Origin: Eledone cirrhosa
Taxonomy: Eukaryota
Direction: 5' to 3'
DNA: 64,000 bases
Assembly: GCA_964016885.1 (NCBI GenBank)
Contig: OZ024747.1
Coordinates: forward strand, 21,266,001 to 21,330,000
Shown here: positions 1 to 12,710 of the stretch, one piece after another
How positions within the stretch are numbered: position 1 is the stretch's first letter
Layout: the number at the start of each line of letters is the position of its first letter
The notes under the pieces: generated by a model
What the model saw: the letters and a program-made list of their open reading frames with translations, nothing else
What the model was told of the DNA's origin: nothing
Databases searched by the model: none
Program-made: the position numbers and the translations under genes

Positions 1-227
1 CTCTAATTAATGTTGATGAGGAGTGAAGTTGGTAGGACTGATGGTTGTTTCTTTTTCCTTCCCTCCTTTACACACCATGGAGAGACTGTTATCAAATCTT
101 AGCTTACAGGACATTATGTTTATATAACACACATAAAACATGTGCAAACCCTACCACACCTACTAACTTGCCCTGTACTGGTGTGTGTGTGTCTGTTTGT
201 ATATACATTTGTATATATATACCCAAC

Positions 228-265
<38 letters not shown>

Positions 266-349
266 GTATAGGGTTGGGTGTGGTGGATGAAGGGGCTGAT
301 GGGGTGAGAGATTAGTGAAAATTATTTAAGAAAACAAAACACATGGCTT

Positions 350-600
350 GGGCAGTTTTTGATGGTGGTAATGGTGGTAGTGGTGGTGTTAGTGGTGGTG
401 GTGGTAATGGTGGTAGTGGTGGTGGTGGTGATGGTAGTGGTGCTGGTGGTGGTAATGGTGGTAGTGGTGGTGGTGGTAATGGTGGTAATGGTGGTAGTGT
501 TGGTAGTGTTGGTGGTGGTGGTGGTGGTGGTGGTGGTGGTAATGGTGGTAGGGGTGGTGCTAGTGGTGGTATTAGTGCTGGTGGTGGTAGTGGTGGTGTT
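350..600. repeat. (GGT)n-derived low-complexity tract
   Basis: Degenerate GGT/GGTAAT/GGTAGT triplets; the Gly/Val/Pro-rich ORFs here are its by-products. Confidence 0.9.
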
Positions 601-1914
601 GCTGAGAAAGGGGTGTGTAACAAAATTCTAGAAATGCTATTGGTGGCTTGGATAGGTGAATAGGTGGGTGGTGATTTCAGTGCAAGTGTCCCCAGTACCC
701 TCACCACTACCACCATCACCACCAACGATGGATGGGTGTATTGTGTAGTGGTGTAGGTGGTAGGGTAAAGTGTGTGGAGTTGGAGTTAGGGTGGTGTGGA
801 TGATGGATTGAATAGTTGAATAGCAATCTGTTCTGAGAAGGGCGGGTGTAGACAGAACAGGACAAGACAGGAGAAAAGGGTATACAAGGTTTGCCTGTGG
901 GACCAGGTTGAGAGCTGGGGAGTAAAATGGTGGTAGATTTTTGAAGATTGAAGGATAGGCTGTTGAATGAGAAATACAGATGAATAATGTTTGTAATAGT
1001 CTTCATGAAAGATAATTGAGTAAAAATATAAGGGTTCCTGATATATTCTTCCCACCTCCTCCACACACATATACACTGCAACCCTCACTGGTGAGATTGG
1101 GTGGGGTAAGTTGTAATGGAGTTGTTTGGGTGTTATGTGAATTAGGGAGTCAAGGAGAGTGTGATTGATGGGTGAGTTACAATGGTGACCCATTTTTCCC
1201 TTACACAGTCACACACACATCTACCCCACCCTACTCTCAATAAACAAATATACATATAAAATGTATGTACATATACAAAAACAATCCCAATCCTTTGAAC
1301 CATAACTCTTTCTCTTATAACACTACAAACTATATCTTATTTCTTTTTCTAGTTGTAACCCCCCTCCCATCCCCACCTCAAATATTTCCATTCTTTCCCC
1401 ACTTCATCTGACCCTCCTTTGCAACCAACAACTTCTACTCAGAGTGAGATTCCACAGTGCCTCCACTCCATCTTTTAATCACTCAATCATTTCTTTTTCC
1501 ATGACTTAATCAGATGGAAAAGGGTAACATCCATGATCTTTTCTAGAGTCTCTGAAACTGATGAGATGAAGATAACCTCAGGCTAGAGACCTGGCCTAAG
1601 TGCTTGCAACAGAAAAAGATTCTGCTAAATGCACCCACCATACTAAGCAAACTGGAACCTGATTTATACCCTTATTATCAACAACTCTTGGTCTGTGTAT
1701 TAGCAGAGTCATAAGAGTGTTGAACAAATACTTAGCAGTATGTTCTGAGGTTATATCTTGCCATGGTCAACTTTGCTTTTCATCTTTCTAAAGTCAATAA
1801 AATAATGTACCAGTCAAGTACTAGAGTTGATATAATTTGCTGGCCTTGTGCCTAAATTAGAAATCATTTATCATTTCTCTGTATTTTGGCTAAGGTCAAA
1901 GTGTAGTATTATTA

Positions 1915-2100
1915 GTACCGGTAGAGGGTTGGATGCCATGCTTTGTAGCATAGAGTTACGGCCCTTTACGGCCTGAGTTCAAATTCCGCTGAGGTTAACG
2001 TTGCCTTTCATCCTTACCAGGTTGATAAAATAAAGTACCAGTAATGCACTGGGATAATAAAGTACCAGTAATGCCTTGTGCAAAAAGTAGAAACTATTAT
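1915..2100 (+). mobile_element. tRNA-derived SINE, family A (5'-eroded copy)
   Basis: B box GAGTTCAAATTCC, core GCCTTTCATCCTTAC..GATAAAATAAAGTACCAG, tail CCTTGTGC..AAGTAGAAACTATTAT; matches copy at 28994-29185. Confidence 0.8.
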
Positions 2101-2383
2101 TAGTAACACTTCTTTTTCAATTATTGGATTTGTTGAATAATTTGAAATAACAGTTGAATCACCCATAAATCCCACCCTGGTGTCATCATCATCACCATAC
2201 TCTTTTACATCTATTTTCCATACTTACATATGTTAAACGCTCTGAAATTAGACAAGTCGGATGACTGCAATCATGCTCATAGGTTCCATTACTGGATGCC
2301 CTTCCTAATGGCAACCACATCATGACATGTACCAGTTTTGTTTTATAGTGACACCACTACTACCACCTAATAGGGTAGAATAG

Positions 2384-2880
2384 GTGCTTTTTATCATAGC
2401 ACCAGCACTACAGCTTTAAAGAGTGAACTGTGTGCTTTTTATCATGACACCAGCACTACTGCTTTAAAGAGTGAACTGTGTGCTTTTTATCATGACACCA
2501 GCACTACAGCTTTAAAGAGTGAACTGTGTGCTTTTTATCATGACACCAGCACTACAGCTTTAAAGAGTGAACTGTGTGCTTTTTATCATAGCACCAGCAC
2601 TACAGCTTTAAAGAGTGAACTGTGTGCTTTTTATCATGACACCAGCACTACAGCTTTAAAGAGTGAACTGTGTGCTTTTTATCATGACACCAGCACTACT
2701 GCTTTAAAGAGTGAACTGTGTGCTTTTTATCATGACACCAGCACTACAGCTTTAAAGAGTGAACTGTGTGCTTTTTATCATAGCACCAGCACTACTGCTT
2801 TAAAGAGTGAACTGTGTACTTTTTATCATGACACCAGCACTACAGCTTTAAAGAGTGAACTGTGTGCTTTTTATCATAGC
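2384..2880. repeat. 48-bp minisatellite, ~10 copies, inside a family-B/RTE-tail repeat
   Basis: Unit ACCAGCACTACAGCTTTAAAGAGTGAACTGTGTGCTTTTTATCATGAC, period 48 (2401, 2449 ... 2641); similar unamplified sequence at ~24290-24350. Confidence 0.95.
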
Positions 2881-5000
2881 AACAACACTCTCACTTTACA
2901 TAGTGAGTTGAGGGTCTTTTATTGTGGCACCAGCACTACTATGAATTATTTTTTTTATTGATACATAGGTTACTAAAACAAGAGATAGGATGGTCTCAAC
3001 TGGATGGACTGACATTACAGTTCTAGTTGATCAAGGCTGACTTGAGACTCAACATCCCCAACAGTAAAAAAAACCCTCTCATGCATACAGTGTCTTCTTC
3101 ACTCTACTTTTATACATTATTCCAATGTTTTCTCTCTTACAGCAAGACACACACAGACACACATATATTACCAAAAATAGTGAAATGCCAAAATATTGAT
3201 TATTTTTCCCCTTTTGGCACAAGGCCTGCACATTTATAGCGGATGAGTCATTTATAATCAATTGAATCAATAACAATGTGTAAATGAATGGTACTTATTT
3301 GATCAAGCCTCCTAAAGAGAAGAAAAACATAGTTAACCTTGATGAGATTTTCACTCAGAAAGTAAAGGGATGTAACTAAATACAACAAAGCTAAGCTGAC
3401 CCATTGAAAGAGCCTCTACAGCAGGTGGTAGTTTGACCTGCTAGAAATAGCAACCCAAACTACCTCAATCACACCTTACCTATTTCTAATAAAAGATATT
3501 CTCTATGATTAATTCCTTTTGTGGTTCTAAGCACTTAAAAGATTATGGTACTCCCCATAAAGTCTGCAAAAAAAATGTCATTCATGGAATGACAAATACA
3601 TTTACTTTGATAAAATGGTGCCCTAAAGATCTGCGTATTTTTTTACTAGTTAATCCAGCCCTGGTAGATACAGCAATCCATAGACAGGGTGTCTATGGCT
3701 GAAATGCTTTTGACGATAAGTCTGTTTGATCAAGGGATTAGAGCTAACCAGGGATTAAACAACAAGACAAAATCAATCTCAATGGGAGTTGAAGTTCAAG
3801 TGTAAAGCAAAGTTTGGCACTTCACCCCATCTTCTTAACCCTTGTGTTTATTATAGTTATTGTTGTTTAGTCCTCACATCTATCCTGATCAAATATTCCT
3901 GTGATCAATCCATGTATTGAATTGTATTCAATCCATGACCATCCTGCCTAACGTTTTGTTTATCTAGGGTTACATTGCCCAATATAGTCAAATGTGATGT
4001 GAGAATGATACCTGGCTGTTATTTCTAGCATGTTGAGCAACTGTATAGAGGCTCCATTGTTAGCTTCAGTTTGTTTTGGTAGGGAGATGGGGAGGCAGGT
4101 TTATTTGTTGTTATGGTTCTGTGTCTGGTTTTAAAGTTGCTAAAGTAAGTATGTTGTGTAAATATGTTTATTATATTGAGATAGACTAGTATAGAATCTG
4201 TGATGTATGGTATAATTATTCTGAAACCAGTCACATCATAGTACCAACCCTTCCTTCCTTTCTTTTTACATCATTACTCCCTTGACATAGATGTAAGAAC
4301 CACTTCTATTTTTGTGATAAATACTGCTAAAAACCCCCTAAACTGTTCAGCAGACTAATAATAAGCGATATCTGACATTACAATCAACAGAGATCTCTTT
4401 GTAGGGAACAATCAATGTCGGAACATCCTGTGAGACCCAGTTAATTGAAAACATTCTTGCGAGACACAATTAGTGATAATTTCTTTTATGGGTTCAAAAC
4501 AGTAAATATCTCCATAGGGACTACCAGGGGGGTTTTAATTAACTAAGCTGTGTTTTAATTAACTAAGGAAAAGATATAGCTATTTTTTTTTTTTAAATGG
4601 CTCTCTTTTTGCTTCATTTCTCGCTTTATGCTTCATTATTTTCACTTAACCAAACTGGTTTTTCACTTACAAGAGCTCTCTGGAATTCTTTTCTCTTTTT
4701 CCTTTTTATTAAATAACTTTCAATTTTAAACAAAATTGCATTTCTCTTTAATATTGAATTATATCAATCAAACATGGTTAAATTGAGCCAAGTATTTGAC
4801 TGGTATTTATTTTACCGATCTTCAAAACAAGGAAAGAAATAGTCAATCTTAATGTCATTTGAATTTAAAATGTAAAGTGCTGTAATTAGATACTGTTTTG
4901 TTTATAAATTTCAAGAAACCACTCTAGTTATATGTTAGAAAACTGTTTATTCTAAAGTGTTTATATTTATGGTTTTATGATGCTGAGATGTATATTTTAA

Positions 5001-5221
5001 CCCTTTAGCATTCAAACTGGCCATATCCAGCTAGAAATGCCTCACCTCTTTCTGTTCAAACCAGTTCAAACTGGCTGCTTATACTGATGTTAAGGTATTG
5101 TTCTCAAAATAAATAACATCAAAATCTCATAGATTCGATATTATGTGCAATAATTATGTAAGATAAAGTATTTATTACAAAAATACAATAGAATATATAG
5201 AGTAATGTGAATGCTAAAGGG
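5001..5221. mobile_element. 221-bp TTAA MITE (piggyBac-type termini)
   Basis: TTAA|CCCTTTAGCATT...AATGCTAAAGGG|TTAA; homologous copies at 8405, 12029, 12491. Confidence 0.85.
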
Positions 5222-5552
5222 TTAAAGTGTTTATATTTATTTAAAAGCCTTCCATTATAGTTTTATGTAAGAACATTTATTAAGTCATGTGCCAAATAGT
5301 GAAAAAATTAGTTTATTAATTCCCTCTAAGTTATTGATTATTTTCAAACTGATTTCGAAATTATAAGCAGTGTCTTTCATGAAAAATATGGGAATGGAAA
5401 GGGATAAACTCTGAGTTCAAATATATTCAAAGTCTACACAGTTTTTAACTCTACAGTTTCAATAAAACATTTACTACCCGTGAACTGAGGTAGACGTTAA
5501 GTGAATATACCCTATCTCAGAATTTGAGCCTTGTGCGTATATCAGAAATAAT

Positions 5553-5734
5553 TGTTTCTACTTTAGGCACAAGGCCAGCAATTACTCAGTCCATTACTGG
5601 TACTTTATTTTATCGACCCCGTAAGGATGAAAGGCAAAGTCAACCTCGGTGGGATTTGAACTCAGATCGTAAAGGGACATAACTATGCTGGAAAGCATGG
5701 CGTCCGACCCTCTACCGATACTGCCAATCCACCA
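5553..5734 (-). mobile_element. tRNA-derived SINE family A, near full length, with 18-bp TSD
   Basis: A box TGGCAGTATCGG and B box GAGTTCAAATCC on minus strand; direct repeat GCGTATATCAGAAATAAT at 5535-5552 and 5735-5752. Confidence 0.9.
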
Positions 5735-5924
5735 GCGTATATCAGAAATAATGATAAGACACAATGGAGTAAATAAAATATATACATGTATATATATATA
5801 TATATATATTATAACACCTTATATATATATATATAGAGAGAGAGAGAGAAAGAGAGAGAGGTAGAACACTGGAAGGTAATATCCGTAGTGGTGGTAGAGC
5901 ACTCAGTCGATGGGACGAGTTTGG

Positions 5925-6216
5925 TAGAAGTGGTAACACAGCAGTTAGTTCACCATACTGAGAACATTTGTTTCACCTTATGCGGATCTTCAGCTCGGAC
6001 TGGTCATGGTTATACGGAACAGGAAGAACAACCGTATGAAGGCGCATGCGCAGAAACGGTCAATTCGCTTGGGTGAAGTGACCGTTTCTGCGCATGCGCG
6101 TTCATACGGTTGTTCTTCCTGTTCCGTTTAAACATAACCAGTTTGAGCTGAAGATCCGCTTAAGGTGAAACAATTGTTCTCAGTATGGGGAACTAACTGC
6201 TGCGTTACTTCTTCTA
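5925..6216. mobile_element. 292-bp foldback of Penelope pLTR-like sequence with an HHR in each arm
   Basis: Arms of ~140 bp are near-perfect reverse complements around ~6070; each has CTGAAGA...GAAAC; GCGCATGCGC motif shared with the pLTR region at ~59090; ends at (TA)n. Confidence 0.85.
6138..6188 (+). ncRNA. Minimal type-I hammerhead ribozyme (mirror copy on minus strand 5953-6003)
   Basis: UUGAG-CUGAAGA-UCCGCUUAAGGU-GAAAC-AAUU-GUU-CUCAG; stem I UUGAG/CUCAG; palindromic stem III ACAAUUGU; weak stem II. Confidence 0.7.
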
Positions 6217-6329
6217 TATATATATAAGGTGTTATAATTTGCTTGTGGTATTGTATTGGTATAGATTTAGTAGTAATTGAAGGCTACAACAATGCTTTAT
6301 GGACGGTATTTATCTGTCCTAATATTTTA

Positions 6330-6364
<35 letters not shown>

Positions 6365-7122
6365 AATTATTGTGTAAAGTGCTCAGGTGCACTACAACTC
6401 GTCAATATAGTACATAGAATAATACACAAATGTCAGGGAAGTACATGTGTGTATGTGTCAGCTGTTCTGTTGGCGGATCTCGGGAAGCATGGAGGCCTTA
6501 AAGGATGCAGTGTCTCGACAGCTAACAACTGATGCAGGTAGTTTGTTCCATGCTTCAGCAACTCTGAGCGTGAAAAAATGTTTCCGAAAGTCATGGGAAC
6601 TGTGCTGTTTTCTTACTTTGTGGGCATGTCCACGTGTGTTAGACACATGGAAATCGAAAAGGTACTCAGGGTTGTTGTTGGCAACATGGTTAACAATTTT
6701 GTGGGTTGCCAGTTGCCAGGCGTCGGAGCTTCAATGAATCCATGCCCAGGGAAGCAAGGCGCTCAGAGTATGGTAGATGCCTGATGGAGGGTATTCGCTT
6801 GGTTGCACGTCTCTGAACAGTTTCCAGGCGGTCAATGTCCTGAGCAAGATAGGGGTTCCAGACTGGTGATGCAAATTCTAAGTGTGGTCGTACCATAGCT
6901 GTATACAGCCTTAAATAGATATCTGGAGAGCGGCTGACAAAGGTCTTGCTGAGTGATGCTAAGACACCCTCGGCCCTCTTGACAATTTTAGAGACGTGCC
7001 TCGTCCAACGCAAATCGCTGCTGACCGTAATGCCCAGGTCACGTTCACAGGAAGACTTCTTGATATTAGTGCTGTGGAGGGAGTATGTGGACGTTGGGTT
7101 TTTACTCCCAAAATGCAGTCTA
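6330..7122 (-). mobile_element. CR1-clade LINE 3' fragment with (TTA)n tail
   Basis: RT C-terminal peptides LYTAMVRPHLEFASPVWNPY..LETVQRRATKRIP and TRGH..FFTLRVAEAWNKLP; frameshifted; (ATA)n at 6330-6362. Confidence 0.9.
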
Positions 7123-8404
7123 AAAACCCTCGAAATATTAGGACAAGTAAATATCGTCCATTTTGCATAGACATTTTGTTGTAGCTTTCAAATACTGCAA
7201 TATATACACACACACACACACATATATGTGTGTGGGGGGGGGGGGATAGATAGAGAGAAAAAGAGAGAAAGAGAGTTAGATAGATACTTACACACATGTA
7301 TATGCACACACATATGTGTGTGTGTGTGTCAAAGGGAATAAAGGAAACAAACTAAATAGCACAGTACAAATATGCCAAGAATATTCCAGGTTCTGCCATC
7401 TATCAGCCACCCTCTTAAAACACCCTCTAATAATTGTAGCATTGAATTTCCACCTCATTTTCAAACAGTCTTCTTAATTCGCTTGCATATGGTGATAATT
7501 TTATCAATATTTAAAGTAGTTTGGATTGCCTTTCAAAGGTTAAAAGCTGGAGATATATCCATGAAAAATATTGTAACACCCCCTAACAGATTGCATTGAC
7601 TCAGTTGAGTGCTGCAACACCTCAGTTAAAATGGCACAGTTATATAGTTAATATCTACATTTCACACATAATACACAATACACAGACACTGGCTGGCCAT
7701 TATGGTAACTCAGCACTCCACTAATTTGACCAGATGTCCCTCTTTTTTTTTTATCAAACTTCATAGAAGAGCATTGTATAGGAAATGTCATATCTTTGAA
7801 ATTTCTTCCACATGATAACATAGATATTTCATATCAAATATAATTGATATCATATTTTTTCATATCACTTCTTATATCATTAAAAAATAACAAAAGTGTT
7901 TTCCTTTGATATAATCACATTTTGTTTTTATCATTCTTATCACTTCAAACAGATACAATTTTTTTATCTTCTTTATCTAGTTGACATCGTGTGTTTATAT
8001 ATATATTATCTAATGTCAAGTTTCTCATATCTAATTTAATTGATATCACATTTTATCTTTTTCTTTTTCTCTTCCAAAACAGACAAACTACAACAAATTC
8101 AGAAAAAAACAAAAGGATTATTTTGATTCAGTAAACAGATTATAAATATTTTCACAAAGAGGATTTAAAAAATACTACCTTATTTCTTCACAAATTTATA
8201 CCACTGGGTAAGTTACTAAATTTATTTTCATACTCAGTCAGTCATTTTTTATGTATTTTTAACTCTTGATACAATCCCTCTGAAACTGTCCTAGTTTTAT
8301 GATATAAAACTGGCCGTTTGAAAATGTTTTAACTTAATATTAAAACTTTCTGTCATAATTTTAGGTATGAAATTTTTAAAGTAATGTTCCAAGTATCTGC
8401 TTAA

Positions 8405-8625
8405 CCCTTTAACATTTACATTACTCTATATTTACTATTATATTTTCATGCTGAAGGCTTTACCTCACATAATGATCTCACATAATTTCGAATCTATGAA
8501 ATTTTGCTATTATTTATTTTGAGAACAATACCTTAACATCAATGTGAGTGGCTGATTACAGCCAGTTGGAACAGAAAGGGGTAAGAGAATTCTGGTTGGA
8601 TACTGCTGGTTTAAATGCTAAAGGA
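8405..8625. mobile_element. 221-bp TTAA MITE, reverse orientation, nested in an older MITE
   Basis: TTAA|CCCTTTAACATTT...AAATGCTAAAGGA|TTAA. Confidence 0.8.
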
Positions 8626-9406
8626 TTAATAGTGATTTCTAATTTAAGCACAAGGCTAGCAGTTTGTGGGAGAGTAAAGTCATTTAAATCAACCCTAGTA
8701 CTTGATTGGTATTTTATTTTATTGACCCCAAATAAATAAAAGGCGAAATTGACCTCAGTGGGTTGAACTCAGAATATAAAACACTGGAACAAATATTGCT
8801 AAGCATTTCTCCATCCCTCTAATGACACTGTCAAACTACCATCCTCAATTATCTGATTAATATTAAAAAAGTTAGTTATTATATTAAATTCTTCCGAATT
8901 TTTAATTATTTCCAAAATTAATTAAAATACATAGGCAGTGTATTTCATTAGAAATCTAGTTACAAAAGAAATAATCAAGGAAGAAAGGGCTGTGTCTATA
9001 AACCTTTTTCAAGGTCTCTAAGACTATTTGGAAGGAAGGTGGAAGATATCCTCAAACTGGAGACTTCTTTCAAATGCTCACAACAGAGTGAATTCTGCTA
9101 AAGGCCCGTAAAAGCCAAATGCTAATCTTAAACTGGTTGACAAATAAAGTCTAACCTCAAGCAACAAGCTGGATCCAGTAAATAAAATACCTCAAGTTTA
9201 ACTGACATGTTATCACACCAAATCACAAAAGAAGTGCATTCTTTACCATTTTTTAATTTATATTTATTTTTATTTATATCTTTTGTTTCATTATTAGATT
9301 ATTTTTAAATCAATAATATATAAATCAATACGTCTGTCCTCAGAAATGTTATTGATCCTAAGTTGGCACAGGTTTACATGTTTTGTTGTTTTGTTTTTTT
9401 ATTATT

Positions 9407-9685
9407 TAACACTTTCATTACCATATTTCTTATGAATGAAATTACCTATGATTTTCAAATGATTTTGAAAATAATCACAAATTTGGAAGGATTTAGTAAT
9501 ATAACCAACCCACTTGTTCATTATACTAATGTTTGAAAATTATAATGGAAAGTTTCTAGATAAATATGATATAAACACTTTAAATTATATAGAATAAATA
9601 CTACAAAATAAATAAATAAATAGATAAATAAATAAATATCCTAGAATTAAGGGCAGTTTCAGGTGCTTTGGTATCAAAAGGGTTC
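9407..9685. mobile_element. Second, older TTAA-type MITE family (related copies ~33240-33460, ~37150-37585, ~8260-8970)
   Basis: TTAACACTTTCATTACCA...TGGTATCAAAAGGGTT degenerate TIRs; similar internal sequence recurs. Confidence 0.55.
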
Positions 9686-10971
9686 CGGTGTATCCACAGT
9701 CAATTGAATCAACCTCAATACATTATTAGTACTTACTTTAAATTTACTGGGCCCAGTGGTGATGCAAAGCTAAGTCAGCTTTACTGAGATGTGAACTCAG
9801 AATGTATAAAAGATGTAAAGAAATGGAGTATAGAGTCTGGCATGTTATCATTTCATTTACTACATCCTGCTAGATCAATGGTTCTTAAACGTTTTTGATC
9901 CATTACATGCTGAATAAGGCACTGAAAAAATTATAATCCACTTTCAGCCTTTTACAAGTTTTGTAATCATCATCATCATCTTTTAACATCTGCTTTCTCT
10001 GCTAGCAAGGGTTGGACGGGTCTACATAGACTAAGTCAGTACAGAAGCAGGGCTACAGATCTCTCAAAGAGGCCAAGGGGTCTGTATCCTGCTTATGTAC
10101 TACAGTCATACCAGGTGCAGAGGAGAAGTTGTCATGTCTTTTGACACAAACTGAAGAAGGGTCCTCCCAACCCCTGGTTTGTCAAGCTTTCTATGGCTGG
10201 ATGCCCTTCCTAACGCCAATCATTTTACCGCATGTACTGGGTGCTTTTATTGTGTAGATTACCAGTACTAGGAAGGCTTGATACAACTAAAGATTCCTCC
10301 CAACCTTTGTTTGACAAGAATAGTCATCCTTTTGTTGCTGTGTTTCTAATGAAATATTCTGCCTATGAGTTTCAATTAATTTTGAAAATAACCAAATATT
10401 TTAAAGAATTTAATAAAACAACTAAGTTTTTCAATTTGGTATGAAAGGGTTAAAATTGTTTTAAAACAGAGATGAATGTAAGCAGTGCAGTTTCTTTACG
10501 AAGGAATAAACATGCATTGATGTGGTGCATTAAAAACACACAAGTTTTCTAAACATCCTGGTATATTCTGATTCACCTCTAAAACTCATGGTACACTTGT
10601 GGAGCATCTGCTGCATAGTGATATAAAACATCTGCCTTAAACATAGAAATATGTCAAACATTGAAGTCATAAACAGGCCCAACATATTCTGTCTGGGGTT
10701 AAGAAACAGTAGGTGCTGGTTGTTTGTGGTGGTGGTCGGGATGTTTACTTTCCTTACTGAAACCTATTCACCTACTAAACACACTTGAATGATTTCATAT
10801 ACACACACACATGAGTGCATGCACATATACCCTCTTTCTTTTTCTTTTCTTTATTTTCTCTCTCTTAAATCTCTTATGTACTCTTTATCAGGACCTCTCT
10901 ACTTCTCTTTACTGTACTTATTTTCTTTTTCTCTCTTCCCTTTTTACTTTACCTCAATATTTTCTTTATTT

Positions 10972-11042
<71 letters not shown>

Positions 11043-12028
11043 TATATACTTTTCATATTGCTCTGTCTCTCTTTCTCTCTCCCTTTCTCACCCTCTCATT
11101 TACACATTCTTCTCTCTTACCTGACTCTCTTATATAGAGTCTGGTTCTCTCTGTCTCTCTCTCTCTTTCTTTATCCTTTTCCTTTCTTTCCCCTCTCCAG
11201 ATGTTTCTATTTAAAAAGAACTTTTCCAGCTGGCAGAAAGGAAGTTTAGAATATTTTTTCCAGTTTAGATATAAGGTTTTGAAATAGTTATTAGGATCGA
11301 TATGACTGACTACTAAAAACCCTTGAAGACAGTTTCCTAACATGGCCTGATTCCAATGGGTGAAACTAACAAAATAGAATAAAATATGAACATGTGTATG
11401 TATTTGTGTATTATCACAGTTATGTTCATGTGAGAGTATGTGTGCATATATATTGTAAAGTTGTTGGTGATACAAAGAGCATCAAGTCATAGAAAACTTG
11501 CCAACTAAAGGGTTTAGAGGACTCTATGATTGTGACAAGGACATGGCAACCCTCCCTAATGTTGGTGATCTACATGATAAATGCACCCAGTACTCTGTAA
11601 AGTTGTTGGTGATAGAAAGGTTAACCAGCCATAGAAAACCTGCCAAACAAAGGATTGGACAGATTCCTTCCGCCATACTATGACATAACAACTTCCCTAA
11701 TGCTGATGCCATAATAAATTGTGCTTGGTTCAGCATGGGATCAAATGTAGGTGAGATGTAGGCCCCTAGACTGTCAAAGCAATCAACGGAGTCCAAGTAC
11801 ATATGTAAGCAAGATACAAGCCTATCTGAGAAGTCAGTAGCTATGCTTGAGTACTTACATAGTCTATGTCAAACTCTTGTTAGGAGAAGAAACAGACATT
11901 AAATGATGATTATGAATGAACCAAAATTTGTGTAGGATCAATTTGACAAAGATGATGAAATGTACAACTGACAGCCCAAAGATTGTAAGAAGGTATTCAC
12001 TGCCTGTATCTCATTCTATACAGTTTAA

Positions 12029-12249
12029 CCCTTTAGCATTTAAGCCAGCCATATCTGGCCAGAATTCTCTCCCCTCTTTCTGTTAAAACTGGCCGTAACT
12101 GGCCACTCATACTGATGTTAAAGTATTGTTCTCAAAATAAATAGCATCAAAATCTCGTAGATTCGATATTATGTGAGATAATTATGTGAAGTAAAGCCTT
12201 AACCACAAAGATACAATAGTAAATATAGAGTAATGTAAATACTAAAGGA
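12029..12249. mobile_element. 221-bp TTAA MITE
   Basis: TTAA|CCCTTTAGCATT...AATACTAAAGGA|TTAA. Confidence 0.85.
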
Positions 12250-12490
12250 TTAATCCTGCATTTCAATTTACACTCTCTTATACATTTTCCTACAGGCTTG
12301 TCACCTGGCTTCAGTGCTTGGGGGAGGGGAGCTGCAAAATATTCTGGGTGAGCCCTCTAATTTGTAATAATTCAAGGGCAGAGTTTTGGAATAAGCATAC
12401 CACTACAAATATTTCTAATTCTGGAGCATGATTGAAAAGTAAGAGGAATATTGCCAAGCAGTTCCTCTAACCCTACCGCAACTGCATTAA

Positions 12491-12710
12491 CCCTTTAGCA
12501 TTTAAACTGGCCATATCTGGTCTGAATTCTCTCACCTCTTTCTGTTCAGAGTGGCTGTAACCAGCCACTCATACTGATGTTAAGGTATTGTTCTCAAAAT
12601 AAATAATAACAAAATCTCAGTTTCAATATCATGTGAAATAATTATGTGAGGTAAAGCCTTAACCATGAAAATATATAGAGTATATATAGAGTAATGTAAA
12701 TGCTAAAGGG
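12491..12710. mobile_element. ~220-bp TTAA MITE
   Basis: TTAA|CCCTTTAGCATTTA...TAAATGCTAAAGGG|TTAA perfect TIRs. Confidence 0.9.

Noticed and set aside
343-663. Glycine-rich protein ORF (also 35801-36367)
   Set aside because: Translation of GGT/ACC simple repeats; open in several frames; no signal peptide or exon evidence
2384-2880. CRISPR-like regular array
   Set aside because: Pure tandem units with no unique spacers, no cas genes, eukaryotic repeat context
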